A DNA stretch of 64,000 bases from the NCBI GenBank assembly GCA_040880105.1, contig JBBDJA010000010.1:41317-105316 (forward strand), in the 5' to 3' direction. The translations under genes and the position numbers were made by a program. Source of the stretch: Waddliaceae bacterium (GTDB lineage: Bacteria; Chlamydiota; Chlamydiia; Chlamydiales; SLOH01). Shown here one piece after another: positions 55,803 through 64,000 of the stretch (position 1 is the first letter of the stretch; each line of letters opens with the position of its first letter). A model generated the notes under the pieces. That model did no database searches. It was not told where the DNA came from and saw only the letters and a list, made by a program, of their open reading frames with translations.

Positions 55803-56447
55803 TTAGACGCCTCGTGTGGTTGGATGCCAGATAAATTTATGCGTCTGCAAATTGAGTCGCACAGACAACCGATCATTTAAAATCCAGCTCACAAGGTTTT
55901 TTGCTTCCAATTGATCAAAAACAGGTGAAAAAAGAGGGGGGGTCGGGCGGACGAAAAGGTTGTATTTTTCACATACTTGCTTTGCAAACGCATAGTCTTG
56001 CTGATTCAAGATGACAAACTTTACCTCATCTTGTGGTTTAAGGGTATCAAGGTTTTGATACAAGTTACGATCGCTCATGTCGCTTCCCGGACATTTAATA
56101 TCGAGTATGATCTTAACGCGCGGATCAATTTCCTTGGTCGATAGGGAACCACCGGTCTCGATACTAACCATAAAGCCCCTGTCGCAAAGAGATTTCATCA
56201 GAGGTAAAACTTGCTTTTGTAAAAGGGGCTCTCCGCCTGTGATACATACATGGCGGTGTCCGAACCCTTCAACCTTATCGATAATCGCCTCAGTTGCCTG
56301 CTTTTCTCCTCTTGAAAATGAATATGGAGTATCACACCAAGAGCAGCGTAGGTTACACCTAGAAAGCCGGATAAATGTTGTAGGGAGGCCAACAAGGGTA
56401 GTTTCCCCTTGAACACTCTCAAAAATTTCTGTTATATCAATTGTCAT
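55803..56447 (-). CDS. queE: 7-carboxy-7-deazaguanine synthase (radical SAM)
   Basis: ..IFESVQGE.. and CNLRCSWCDTPYS (CxxxCxxC). ATG 56447 is preferred over the track TTG 56480. Confidence 0.9.
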   Translation of the reverse strand: MTIDITEIFESVQGETTLVGLPTTFIRLSRCNLRCSWCDTPYSFSRGEKQATEAIIDKVEGFGHRHVCITGGEPLLQKQVLPLMKSLCDRGFMVSIETGGSLSTKEIDPRVKIILDIKCPGSDMSDRNLYQNLDTLKPQDEVKFVILNQQDYAFAKQVCEKYNLFVRPTPPLFSPVFDQLEAKNLVSWILNDRLSVRLNLQTHKFIWHPTTRGV

Positions 56448-56788
56448 AGGAAATATTATATCAAGAAATCTTGATTGCAATCAATAAAAACAGAGATTGT
56501 ACCTAGAGAATTTGTTACTGAATTTGTTTTTTATTTTGAATCAATAGCATTGAGCTCTGCTATCAAAAAAATTAATCTGTGAGTGAGTAGTATCCTTGAC
56601 TAAATCTCCTATAATATCCGATGAATCAAATAGAGACGCTTCGAGCCTGACCTCACTTGATAAAATTTCATCCATTTCGGCAGTTTCAACATTTGTCACA
56701 CCCTTATCCTAACGAGATATGGGTATTTGAGTGATTCAAAATATACCGAACAGGAGGTTTCTTTAGAAACCACCTATTAAGGTCCTGT

Positions 56789-56953
56789 CTACAAAATACT
56801 AATTATCCACCCGAAAAAGAGTACTTGGGCAATTGGTAGGGCGACAATGAATATGGCAACACCAATTCTAAATGCGATTTTAAGGGCGTAGTATAGTCCC
56901 TGCTCTTCAGTATCCTCGTAAGAGCATTCGTTATAATTTTCATAATTAGTCAT
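56789..56953 (-). CDS. Possible 54-aa membrane mini-protein (below the track's apparent length floor; no entry is shorter than 60 aa)
   Basis: Translates as MTNYENYNECSYEDTEEQGLYYALKIAFRIGVAIFIVALPIAQVLFFGWIISIL*. It has an acidic head plus one long hydrophobic segment. The hairpin AGGAGGTTTC ttta GAAACCACCT (56751-56774) lies just downstream. The SD is weak. Confidence 0.3.
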   Translation of the reverse strand: MTNYENYNECSYEDTEEQGLYYALKIAFRIGVAIFIVALPIAQVLFFGWIISIL

Positions 56954-57756
56954 TTCTGTAACCTGATTTATTTATATTGTTGATTATAATTTATATTTTT
57001 AAATAAATGATTAAGATTAAAATAAATGCAACACAAGTGTTATATTGAACTCTCTTAAAAGGATCATGTCGGTAAAACCTGTGAAAATCGGTGACTGTCG
57101 CTAAAAATAACACTTGAAAAAAGTGAAGTACTATTTAAGTACAATAATGCTTAAGATTAGACGTCTAAAGTCATCTAAATCGATAGATCCTCAGATCCTC
57201 CAATCAATATACGCATTTTCCTGTTTGAGTATGTAAATCACAAAAGAAGTCCCATTTTTAGAGAAAAACTTCAATTTTTCTTTAAATTATGAATTTACCT
57301 TCCAAGAGCTTAAGATGATTTTGAGTCAAACTCACTCATGAGACCCCCATTCAGTAAATTCCTGTAGGACAATCATAATCTCTTAAGTCTCTCTTAAGTT
57401 TCCAAAATATCTTTATGTCGTAAAAGATTGAAAAGACCGTTAGATATATTCGCACCCGTACTTTCTGATTAGGTTTTATTGGACGGATGAAGTACTTCTT
57501 TCCATTATTAAGAATTGAGATGCATGGTCATTTCTCAGGAAAGCATATCAACAGGTTAAAGTTTTCTTGATGTAGCAGTTATCATGAGACTTAATGGTGA
57601 ATTGATTTCGAAATTTGTGAGATTTATATCAAATTAAATTGATGATAGTAAGTATTTTGAAAGCTGTCTTTAGATTGAATACTGTACTAATTAATGATTG
57701 ATTAAATGTAAATATTTTTAGCTATATCCATTCTTCATGTTGTTATGGGCTTTTTC

Positions 57757-57785
57757 TTGACAAATCAGGTGTGGCAAGTTAAAAC
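57757..57785 (+). promoter_or_regulatory. Candidate promoter for mdh-gltA
   Basis: TTGACA (57757-62), a 17-nt spacer, then TAAAAC (57780-85), 23 nt upstream of ATG 57808. Sequence match only. Confidence 0.35.
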
Positions 57786-57807
57786 TTAAATTTTAATGGA
57801 GAATTTG

Positions 57808-58758
57808 ATGAAGCGCATTGCAGTGACCGGAGGCGGTGGCAACATCGCGTATAGTTTGTTATTTCGTCTGGCAAGCGGGGAGCTTTTAGGAGATGAGCCC
57901 ATTGCGTTGCATATACTTGAGATTCCTGAGGCTTTAGAGAAGCTTGAGGGAGTCAAAATGGAGCTTGATGATTGCGCGTTTCCTCTACTGAAAGAAATTA
58001 GAATTGGCTCCGATCCAAAACAGGTATTTGAAGGAGTCGAATACGCCTTTTTAGTGGGAGCTAAACCAAGAGGTCCCGGAATGGAGAGATCGGATCTTTT
58101 AAAAGGCAATGCGCAGATTTTTGTTGAACAAGGCAAAGCATTAAACGAAGTCGCAAGTCGAGATGTTAAAGTCTTGGTCGTTGGAAATCCGTGTAACACC
58201 AATTGTTTAATTGCCATTCACAATGCACCGGACATTCCTAAAAAGAATTTTCATGCGATGACTAGGCTCGATCAAAATCGTGCAAAAGCACTTCTCGCAC
58301 AAAAGGCTGGAGTAGATCTTACAGAGGTTTCTCATGTGACGATTTGGGGTAATCACTCATCTACACAAGTGCCGGATTTTATCCATGCGAAAATTGGCGG
58401 GGAACCCGCCCGTGATGTCATTGGAAACCCCATATGGTTTGAAGAGGAGTTTATTCCGGCCGTCCAGAACAGGGGGTCTGCGATTATCAAAGCAAGAGGC
58501 GCTTCTTCTGCGGCTTCTGCTGCTAATGCGGCGCTCGATGCGATGCGTGGGGTGATTAATCCGCCACCTGAGGGAGAGTGGGATTCTTCGGGAGTTTATA
58601 CCGAGGGCAACCCATATGGCATTGATGAGAATTTAGTCTTTTCATTTCCCTGCCGAATGGGTGAAATCGTGCCCGATATTGAATGGAATGAGTTTTTGGC
58701 TAGCAAAATTTATGAATCCGAACAAGAATTGATTAGAGAACGCGAGATGGTATTATGA
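57808..58758 (+). CDS. mdh: Malate dehydrogenase (LDH-like type 2)
   Basis: [25 protein letters not shown].., ..VGNPCNTN.., ..IWGNHSSTQ... GGAG lies 7 nt upstream. An alternative ATG at 57796 would add 4 aa. Confidence 0.94.
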   Translation: MKRIAVTGGGGNIAYSLLFRLASGELLGDEPIALHILEIPEALEKLEGVKMELDDCAFPLLKEIRIGSDPKQVFEGVEYAFLVGAKPRGPGMERSDLLKGNAQIFVEQGKALNEVASRDVKVLVVGNPCNTNCLIAIHNAPDIPKKNFHAMTRLDQNRAKALLAQKAGVDLTEVSHVTIWGNHSSTQVPDFIHAKIGGEPARDVIGNPIWFEEEFIPAVQNRGSAIIKARGASSAASAANAALDAMRGVINPPPEGEWDSSGVYTEGNPYGIDENLVFSFPCRMGEIVPDIEWNEFLASKIYESEQELIREREMVL

Positions 58759-59912
58759 TGAACGATGTGATATTTGAAATTAAAGTTGACAATCTTGAGA
58801 CAGGCTTAAGAGGATATCCATGTGGATATTGCAGTACCTCTTCTGTTGATCCCGAAAAAGGACTTTTTTACTCTGGCCATCCGGTAACAGAAATGGAAGA
58901 CTGGCCAACAGAGAAGGTGATTTATCTTTTGTATTTTGCAAAGGAGCCGAGTGAAGATGAGCTAGTTACATTTACCAAAAAAATTCGAAGCGAAGCCCAG
59001 CTTAAGCAAGAGACTGTCGATGCGATTCGGCGTCTTCCAAGAGAGGGCCATCCGATGAAGCTGTTTTCTGCCGCTCTGCTAATTGCAGGGATGTCAGAGG
59101 GGAAAGAGGATTACAAAAAAGATGCGTACCACTTACTTGCGACACTCCCGCAGATTGCAGCAACTGTAATCAATCACCATGCGGGATGGGGAGAGGTGAA
59201 TGAAAGTAATCCGGAGCTTGGGTATATCGAAAATTTTGTTCACATGCTCAATCTACCGGATCCACACGATGAAAGTCTGATCGATACGATGCGCCTTTTT
59301 CACCTTCTACATATGGATCACGGGGGAGGTAATCTCTCTGCCTTTGTCGGAAAGGCTGTGGCGTCCGGGCTTGAAGATATTTACGGCTCGCTTTCTTCTG
59401 CGATGTGCGCGCTTGCAGGGCCAAGACACGGAAAAGCTAATCAAGACTGCCTTTCTTTTGTTCAAGAAATAGTGGACACACTTGGAGAGGATGTTGAAGA
59501 GGCAAAGTTAGAGCAGTACATACGCGACCGTCTGGAGTCGAAAAAGTTAGTCTACGGCTTTGGTCACGCGGTTCTACGTGTGGAAGACCCAAGAGCAACC
59601 ACTTTTTATGAACTCAGCGCTAAAAAGTATTCAGATCATCCTTTAGTGAAAATTGCCCATCTTTTGCATACGGTCGGACCTAAAGTGCTAAAGGAAAACC
59701 CAAAAATCCAAAACCCCTACCCGAATGTGGATGCGATTTCCGGAATTACTTTGTATGCCGCAGGTTTCCCATATCCGCAGTATTATACGGTTCTGTTTGG
59801 ACTCTCAAGATGTATTGGGATTTCGCGTCAGATCATTTACGAGCGTTTAGAGGCAAGAGAGGGGAAAGGAACGCCTATTGTGCGGCCAAAATATCTCTAC
59901 AGAGCGCCTTAG
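58755..59912 (+). CDS. gltA: Citrate synthase
   Basis: ..[10 protein letters not shown].., ..GPRHGKANQ.., ..[14 protein letters not shown]... ATGA overlap with mdh. Confidence 0.92.
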   Translation: MMNDVIFEIKVDNLETGLRGYPCGYCSTSSVDPEKGLFYSGHPVTEMEDWPTEKVIYLLYFAKEPSEDELVTFTKKIRSEAQLKQETVDAIRRLPREGHPMKLFSAALLIAGMSEGKEDYKKDAYHLLATLPQIAATVINHHAGWGEVNESNPELGYIENFVHMLNLPDPHDESLIDTMRLFHLLHMDHGGGNLSAFVGKAVASGLEDIYGSLSSAMCALAGPRHGKANQDCLSFVQEIVDTLGEDVEEAKLEQYIRDRLESKKLVYGFGHAVLRVEDPRATTFYELSAKKYSDHPLVKIAHLLHTVGPKVLKENPKIQNPYPNVDAISGITLYAAGFPYPQYYTVLFGLSRCIGISRQIIYERLEAREGKGTPIVRPKYLYRAP

Positions 59913-60786
59913 CATAGTAGGCGTGATATAAAAGCCCTTTAGATCCCATCCCGGTGATAACAAAATGCTTTTGATCTAATCTTTTGACAAGCGGGAGGTG
60001 ATCGGGGGCTGCCACACGAATGCCTGCATTACAACTGATAATCTCAGCATTCAATAAGTCGGGAAACATTTTTTCTAAATGAGGCAATAATTGCTTTGAG
60101 GCGAAGGCGATGTCAGGCTCCCACGACTTAAACTCTCTTTCAAATGTTGCACCAAGTGTTGCAGTCTTTCCGTGGCAAATCAGGTATGCTTTTGAGTTGA
60201 TCGGAACCTTTAGTGGCTCGAGCGCGTCCGGCCATTTGAGCGTTAATGTTTGGCCTTTAATTAAGCGCAAGGGGAGTTCAGGGAGGAGCGCTTTTGTATT
60301 CGCGCCGGTTGCATAAATGGTAAGATCGGAGGAGATGTTTTCATAAGAAAACTTGATGCCGAGTTGTTCACATGCAGACCATAACTTGTTTAGGTAAGTT
60401 CTTGTGTCAACAACAATGCCGGATGATATAAGAATACCGTCACTTTCCAGGTGGACATCGTCGTAGAGCTCTGCGCTCTTTTTAAATGCGAGCATCTGCT
60501 CGTCAGACATTGCTTTGCGATAGATTCCTGTTTTTTTATAGACGCTTGTGCCAGCGATTCCAAGTAAGTGAATAGTCTCTTGATACGCCTCTCTTCCGAA
60601 TCGACTCAGTTTTGCTCGCGCTCCTCCGAATGTATGTAGAAGACCGGCAGAAACGCCGGAGGCACCATTGCCAATGCCATTTGGATCAATGAGCGTGACA
60701 TTAAGATGAGGGGCGCTTTTTTTTAAGTACCATGCAACAGCGACCCCGCAAAATCCTGCTCCTAAAATTGAAATGTTTTTAATCAT
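59875..60786 (-). CDS. FAD-dependent oxidoreductase (DAO family)
   Basis: MIKNISILGAGFCGVAVAWYL.. is a dinucleotide-binding fold. At 303 aa it is short for the family. The 3' end overlaps the convergent gltA by 38 nt. Confidence 0.75.
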   Translation of the reverse strand: MIKNISILGAGFCGVAVAWYLKKSAPHLNVTLIDPNGIGNGASGVSAGLLHTFGGARAKLSRFGREAYQETIHLLGIAGTSVYKKTGIYRKAMSDEQMLAFKKSAELYDDVHLESDGILISSGIVVDTRTYLNKLWSACEQLGIKFSYENISSDLTIYATGANTKALLPELPLRLIKGQTLTLKWPDALEPLKVPINSKAYLICHGKTATLGATFEREFKSWEPDIAFASKQLLPHLEKMFPDLLNAEIISCNAGIRVAAPDHLPLVKRLDQKHFVITGMGSKGLLYHAYYAKALCRDILAAQ

Positions 60787-60907
60787 ACTAGAGAGGTGTG
60801 TTGAGAGAAATCATAAACCAAAAAGTATAAGATGTGTAAAATTGATTATCAATAAAAAATGGTTTTATCTATATTAGTATAGTTTGTAAATTTGTTGAGC
60901 GGTTTTT

Positions 60908-63900
60908 ATGAGTGTTAGTTTATCTAATGTTGATTACAATAAATATTTAACTCAGTTTTTGACAGTAATAGGCGAGACTGAGGAGTACAAAATCGATGAG
61001 ATTGATTGTGCATTTTTGGAGAAGAGACAGGAGGTCGCGTTAAGATCCGGAGAGGTGGCAATCAGGTGCTTTCATGTTCTTTTTCAGTATGTCAATCATT
61101 TCAAAAAAAATGCGGAAAGAACAGTTCAGTGTCAAAAAGTCAGTGAGATTAGTTTAAATGATTTTGAAAAACTCAAATATCTAATCAATAGCACTCGTCA
61201 AAGTTGTATACAAATGATTTGGAATAGATTTTTTAGTAATCCCAATGAATTGGATTACAGACCCAAATTGGTGAAGATTTGGATTAGAGTCTTAGCGAGT
61301 AGAAAATGGAGTGATGTTCAAAGAGAAGAGATTTTTGATCTGTTGATTAGCCGTGGATTTATTAATGTTGTTGATAGAAAAGGTACAACGCCTCTTCACC
61401 AAGCTTGTCAAGAGGGAGATACAGAAGTTGTACATAAGTTAATTCATGCAAAAGCCTCTTTATACCCAATCAACTGCATGGGAATGACACCTCTACACCT
61501 TGCCGTTAGTAATGGTCATAAGAAAGTGGTGGATATATTAATTAACGCAGGTATGCAAGTCGATATCCCTTTAGCCCCTTTTTCCCCTCTGTATTTAGCG
61601 ATTCAGAAGGGGTATACTGAAATCGCAAAAACCTTGATTCAGGCAGGTGCACGTATTAACTTCTTTTCAGAAGGTATATCAGCTCTCCACCTTGCAGTAA
61701 TTAATGACAATCTCGAACTCGTAATTACCTTAATAAACGCCGGCGCGAATGTTAATCTCTATACACTTCTTAGCTTCACTCCCCTTTATATGGCAGCTCT
61801 TAATGGGAATGCTGAAATTGTTAATGTATTGATTCAAGCAGGTGCCGGTATCGACTTAGGCGGCGGCGGATTTAGCCCCCTATATTGCGCTGCTCTTTGC
61901 GGAAATAAAGAGGTTGTTGATGTCTTAATCCGAGCAAACGTAAATGTGAACTTGTCCACTAAAAACGGTCATACACCCCTTTATGTTGCTGCTATGAATG
62001 GGAATATAGACTTGGTTAACGCCTTAATTAAAGCGGGAGCCCATATAGACCATGAGAGATTCGGTAAGTTATCTCCTTATTATATTGCTGTTAAAAATGG
62101 ACAAGTTGAAGTCTTAAAAGCCTTGATGCATGCGGGAGATAATCTCAATGAAAAATCGAGTGAGAAATGGACACAGCTATTATGTATTGCCGCATATAAA
62201 GGTCATCTTCCAGTTGTGAATACTTTATTAGAAGCGGGAGCTCATATAAACGATGTTTTGGTTACTGGATTGTTCGCTCTTTATCTTGCTGCTGAGTATG
62301 GACATGTTGAAGTGTTGGTCGCTTTAATAAATGCGGGGGCTAATGTAAATGCAAGAAAGAAGGATGGGGCGACACCGCTATGTGTTGCCGCTTGCAACGG
62401 TCATCTTTCAATTGTCACTACTTTAATAAAAGCGGGAGCTGTTGTAAATGTGTGTGATAAATGGACACCACTTCATCTTGCTGCTCAAAATGGCCACCAT
62501 GAAGTAGTAGATGTGTTAATTAATGCAGGCGTCTGTGTTAACGGAATTGATAAATGGACACCACTTCATCGTGCGGCTGAAAATGGCCACTATCAAGTTG
62601 TAGAAGTCTTAATTAATGGAGGCGCGCATCTCAATGGATTTGAAGGGTGGACACCGCTACATCTTTCGGCTCTTTACGGTCATCTTGAAGTTGTAAAATT
62701 GTTATTAAAGGCAGGTGCTAAAATCGATACAAGAGGCTATGAGGGAGTCACCCCATATGATTTAGCAGTTCATAGTCGTAATAAGGAGATTATTGAGTTT
62801 ATATTATCAGTACACACTGCGACATATTTTGAAAAGCTTCATTGTTGGATGTTGTATTATAATGTAGATGAAGCTGATCAGGTCTTAATCAATAAAAAAG
62901 ATTTAGCAGAATTTATAGTTGATGGGGAACACAAACGCCTTTCTCTTTGCTCCGGAAGAGGTCCAAGTGAGTACAATGGAAGTATAGAAATAGACCAAGA
63001 AATAAAAGAAGATCTTGAGTGGAGCGTGGATCTATTTCAGCCGACAAGCCTTCTTCCCCTTTTAGCTGAATTGAGTGCTCAAGACAGTGTTGATGCGTTA
63101 GGTTCAGAAGACGATTCTGTTTCTATATCTCCGGATATGTTACTTGAAGAAATACAAAATGTCTCTCAAGTAAAGATGACCCAAGGCATACGAGATCGTA
63201 TCATTCAACTGTCAAGCGAAAGGACTGAAGGTGGGATTCCACTTAGATCCGTTGTTATCAATTATTTAAGAAAGGGAATGTATATTCTGCAACAAGAGGA
63301 TGAACAGAAAATTGAGGGTTTTTTCGCTTCTTTACAAGAAATAATCAACCCCTCATGCAAGGAAGGTGTCTACAACCGAATCGCGGAGTTTCTTGCTCCT
63401 TTTTTAAACAATGATAGTATTATTGGGCAAAAACTGCATGAATTGAAGCGCACAGCTTGCCTAACTGCCCTTTTTGAAATTCTTAATGACCAAAAGTATG
63501 ATGATTTGTTTAATGAAATTGCCAATCGATCGCTGTTTGAAATCAATTCGATTCAGATAAAAAATGCATATATAAATCAAACCATTCACTTTCTGCCGGC
63601 AGTCTCGATATATCTAGGAAATCGACTGGGATTTTCAAAATACGAAGGTGAGAGAGATTACTTTGCGACAAAGATATATGAAGATTTTTTTTATGTGTTA
63701 AATGAAGAATTTTTTGATCTTGTCAAAGAGAAGCTAAGCCAACCGGAAGTTGTTAAAGAGCTTGTTATTTTTGCAAAACAGACCATCGAATCCCAACTCA
63801 ATGCTCTTGAAGCTGAAATGATAAAAGGAAAAAAAACAGTTGATGATTTTAACCGTTTTAAAAGTCAATTCACTCAGGCGATAAAAAAGTACCTTAGAGG

Positions 63901-64000
63901 TGCCGAGTTTGGAGATCTCATACAGGCGGATGACGAAGGAAACACAATCGTATCAAACAATCTCGTTATTGCCATGTTAATGGACCAAGGTCTGATCAGA
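60908..64000 (+). CDS. Large ankyrin-repeat protein, over 1031 aa (3' end outside window; absent from the ORF track because no stop is reached)
   Basis: I translated 60908-64000 by hand: 1031 codons with no stop. It has about 150 aa of N-terminal region and 15 consecutive ANK repeats from about 61378 to 62810 (e.g. GTTPLHQACQEGDTEVVHKLIHAKA, WTPLHLAAQNGHHEVVDVLINAGV). It then has more than 390 aa of unrecognised C-terminal region. Confidence 0.9.
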   Translation, partial: MSVSLSNVDYNKYLTQFLTVIGETEEYKIDEIDCAFLEKRQEVALRSGEVAIRCFHVLFQYVNHFKKNAERTVQCQKVSEISLNDFEKLKYLINSTRQSCIQMIWNRFFSNPNELDYRPKLVKIWIRVLASRKWSDVQREEIFDLLISRGFINVVDRKGTTPLHQACQEGDTEVVHKLIHAKASLYPINCMGMTPLHLAVSNGHKKVVDILINAGMQVDIPLAPFSPLYLAIQKGYTEIAKTLIQAGARINFFSEGISALHLAVINDNLELVITLINAGANVNLYTLLSFTPLYMAALNGNAEIVNVLIQAGAGIDLGGGGFSPLYCAALCGNKEVVDVLIRANVNVNLSTKNGHTPLYVAAMNGNIDLVNALIKAGAHIDHERFGKLSPYYIAVKNGQVEVLKALMHAGDNLNEKSSEKWTQLLCIAAYKGHLPVVNTLLEAGAHINDVLVTGLFALYLAAEYGHVEVLVALINAGANVNARKKDGATPLCVAACNGHLSIVTTLIKAGAVVNVCDKWTPLHLAAQNGHHEVVDVLINAGVCVNGIDKWTPLHRAAENGHYQVVEVLINGGAHLNGFEGWTPLHLSALYGHLEVVKLLLKAGAKIDTRGYEGVTPYDLAVHSRNKEIIEFILSVHTATYFEKLHCWMLYYNVDEADQVLINKKDLAEFIVDGEHKRLSLCSGRGPSEYNGSIEIDQEIKEDLEWSVDLFQPTSLLPLLAELSAQDSVDALGSEDDSVSISPDMLLEEIQNVSQVKMTQGIRDRIIQLSSERTEGGIPLRSVVINYLRKGMYILQQEDEQKIEGFFASLQEIINPSCKEGVYNRIAEFLAPFLNNDSIIGQKLHELKRTACLTALFEILNDQKYDDLFNEIANRSLFEINSIQIKNAYINQTIHFLPAVSIYLGNRLGFSKYEGERDYFATKIYEDFFYVLNEEFFDLVKEKLSQPEVVKELVIFAKQTIESQLNALEAEMIKGKKTVDDFNRFKSQFTQAIKKYLRGAEFGDLIQADDEGNTIVSNNLVIAMLMDQGLIR

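Noticed and set aside
56596-56615. TTGACT ... TATAAT pair in the long spacer
   Set aside because: Both hexamers are near consensus, but the spacer is only 8 nt, which is incompatible with a sigma-70/66 promoter.
1-64000. CRISPR arrays, prophage/IS elements, rRNA, tmRNA, RNase P or SRP RNA
   Set aside because: There are no regularly spaced short repeats. The only tandem repeats are the 2-copy 67-bp duplication and the ANK units. I saw no integrase, transposase or phage-like ORFs. I found none of the conserved RNA motifs I know (e.g. GAGGAAAGUCC for RNase P, or a GGGG..tRNA-like tmRNA end). A covariance-model scan would be needed to exclude them formally.

Overview
The window reads as a chromosomal segment from an environmental (amoeba-associated type) member of the phylum Chlamydiae. 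It is densely coding and about 40% GC by eye (not computed). I saw no rRNA, CRISPR array, transposase or integrase. Most of it consists of gene blocks whose internal order matches Chlamydia trachomatis (locus numbers from memory): rpoC, tal and the V-type ATPase operon (CT314-CT304); DUF177, rpmF, plsX (CT809-811); glmM, glmS, tyrP (CT815-817); ctc, pth, rpsF, rpsR, rplI, ispE (CT799-804); and pdhABC plus recR, bamA, skp, lpxD (CT240-247). Several genes fit environmental chlamydiae rather than Chlamydiaceae: citrate synthase next to mdh, heptose-nucleotide genes, queC/queE, and a protein of more than 1031 aa with 15 ankyrin repeats that runs off the 3' edge. The unusual material sits at the junctions between conserved blocks. 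(1) A dispersed intergenic repeat of about 147 bp has 13-bp terminal inverted repeats (CTGATTAACTCAG). There are three full copies, one fragment and one or two degenerate copies. (2) Two directly oriented copies bracket a 3-gene cassette: a secreted protein, an ATP-grasp ligase with no canonical start codon, and a 451-aa candidate VOC/DUF1338-like metalloenzyme. This is my best candidate for an undescribed system. (3) A 3.4-kb islet between rpoC and tal carries three tandem small signal-peptide/TM proteins (two Cys-rich, His tails) and a 555-aa orphan. (4) An islet next to tRNA-Gln carries a secreted Gly/Tyr/Arg-rich protein and a long inverted repeat. (5) A 67-bp tandem duplication copies a gene's 3' end plus a terminator arm. 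(6) A 1.3-kb spacer has no ORF over 60 aa. All functional calls rest on motifs I recognised by eye and on synteny recalled from memory; no searches were run.
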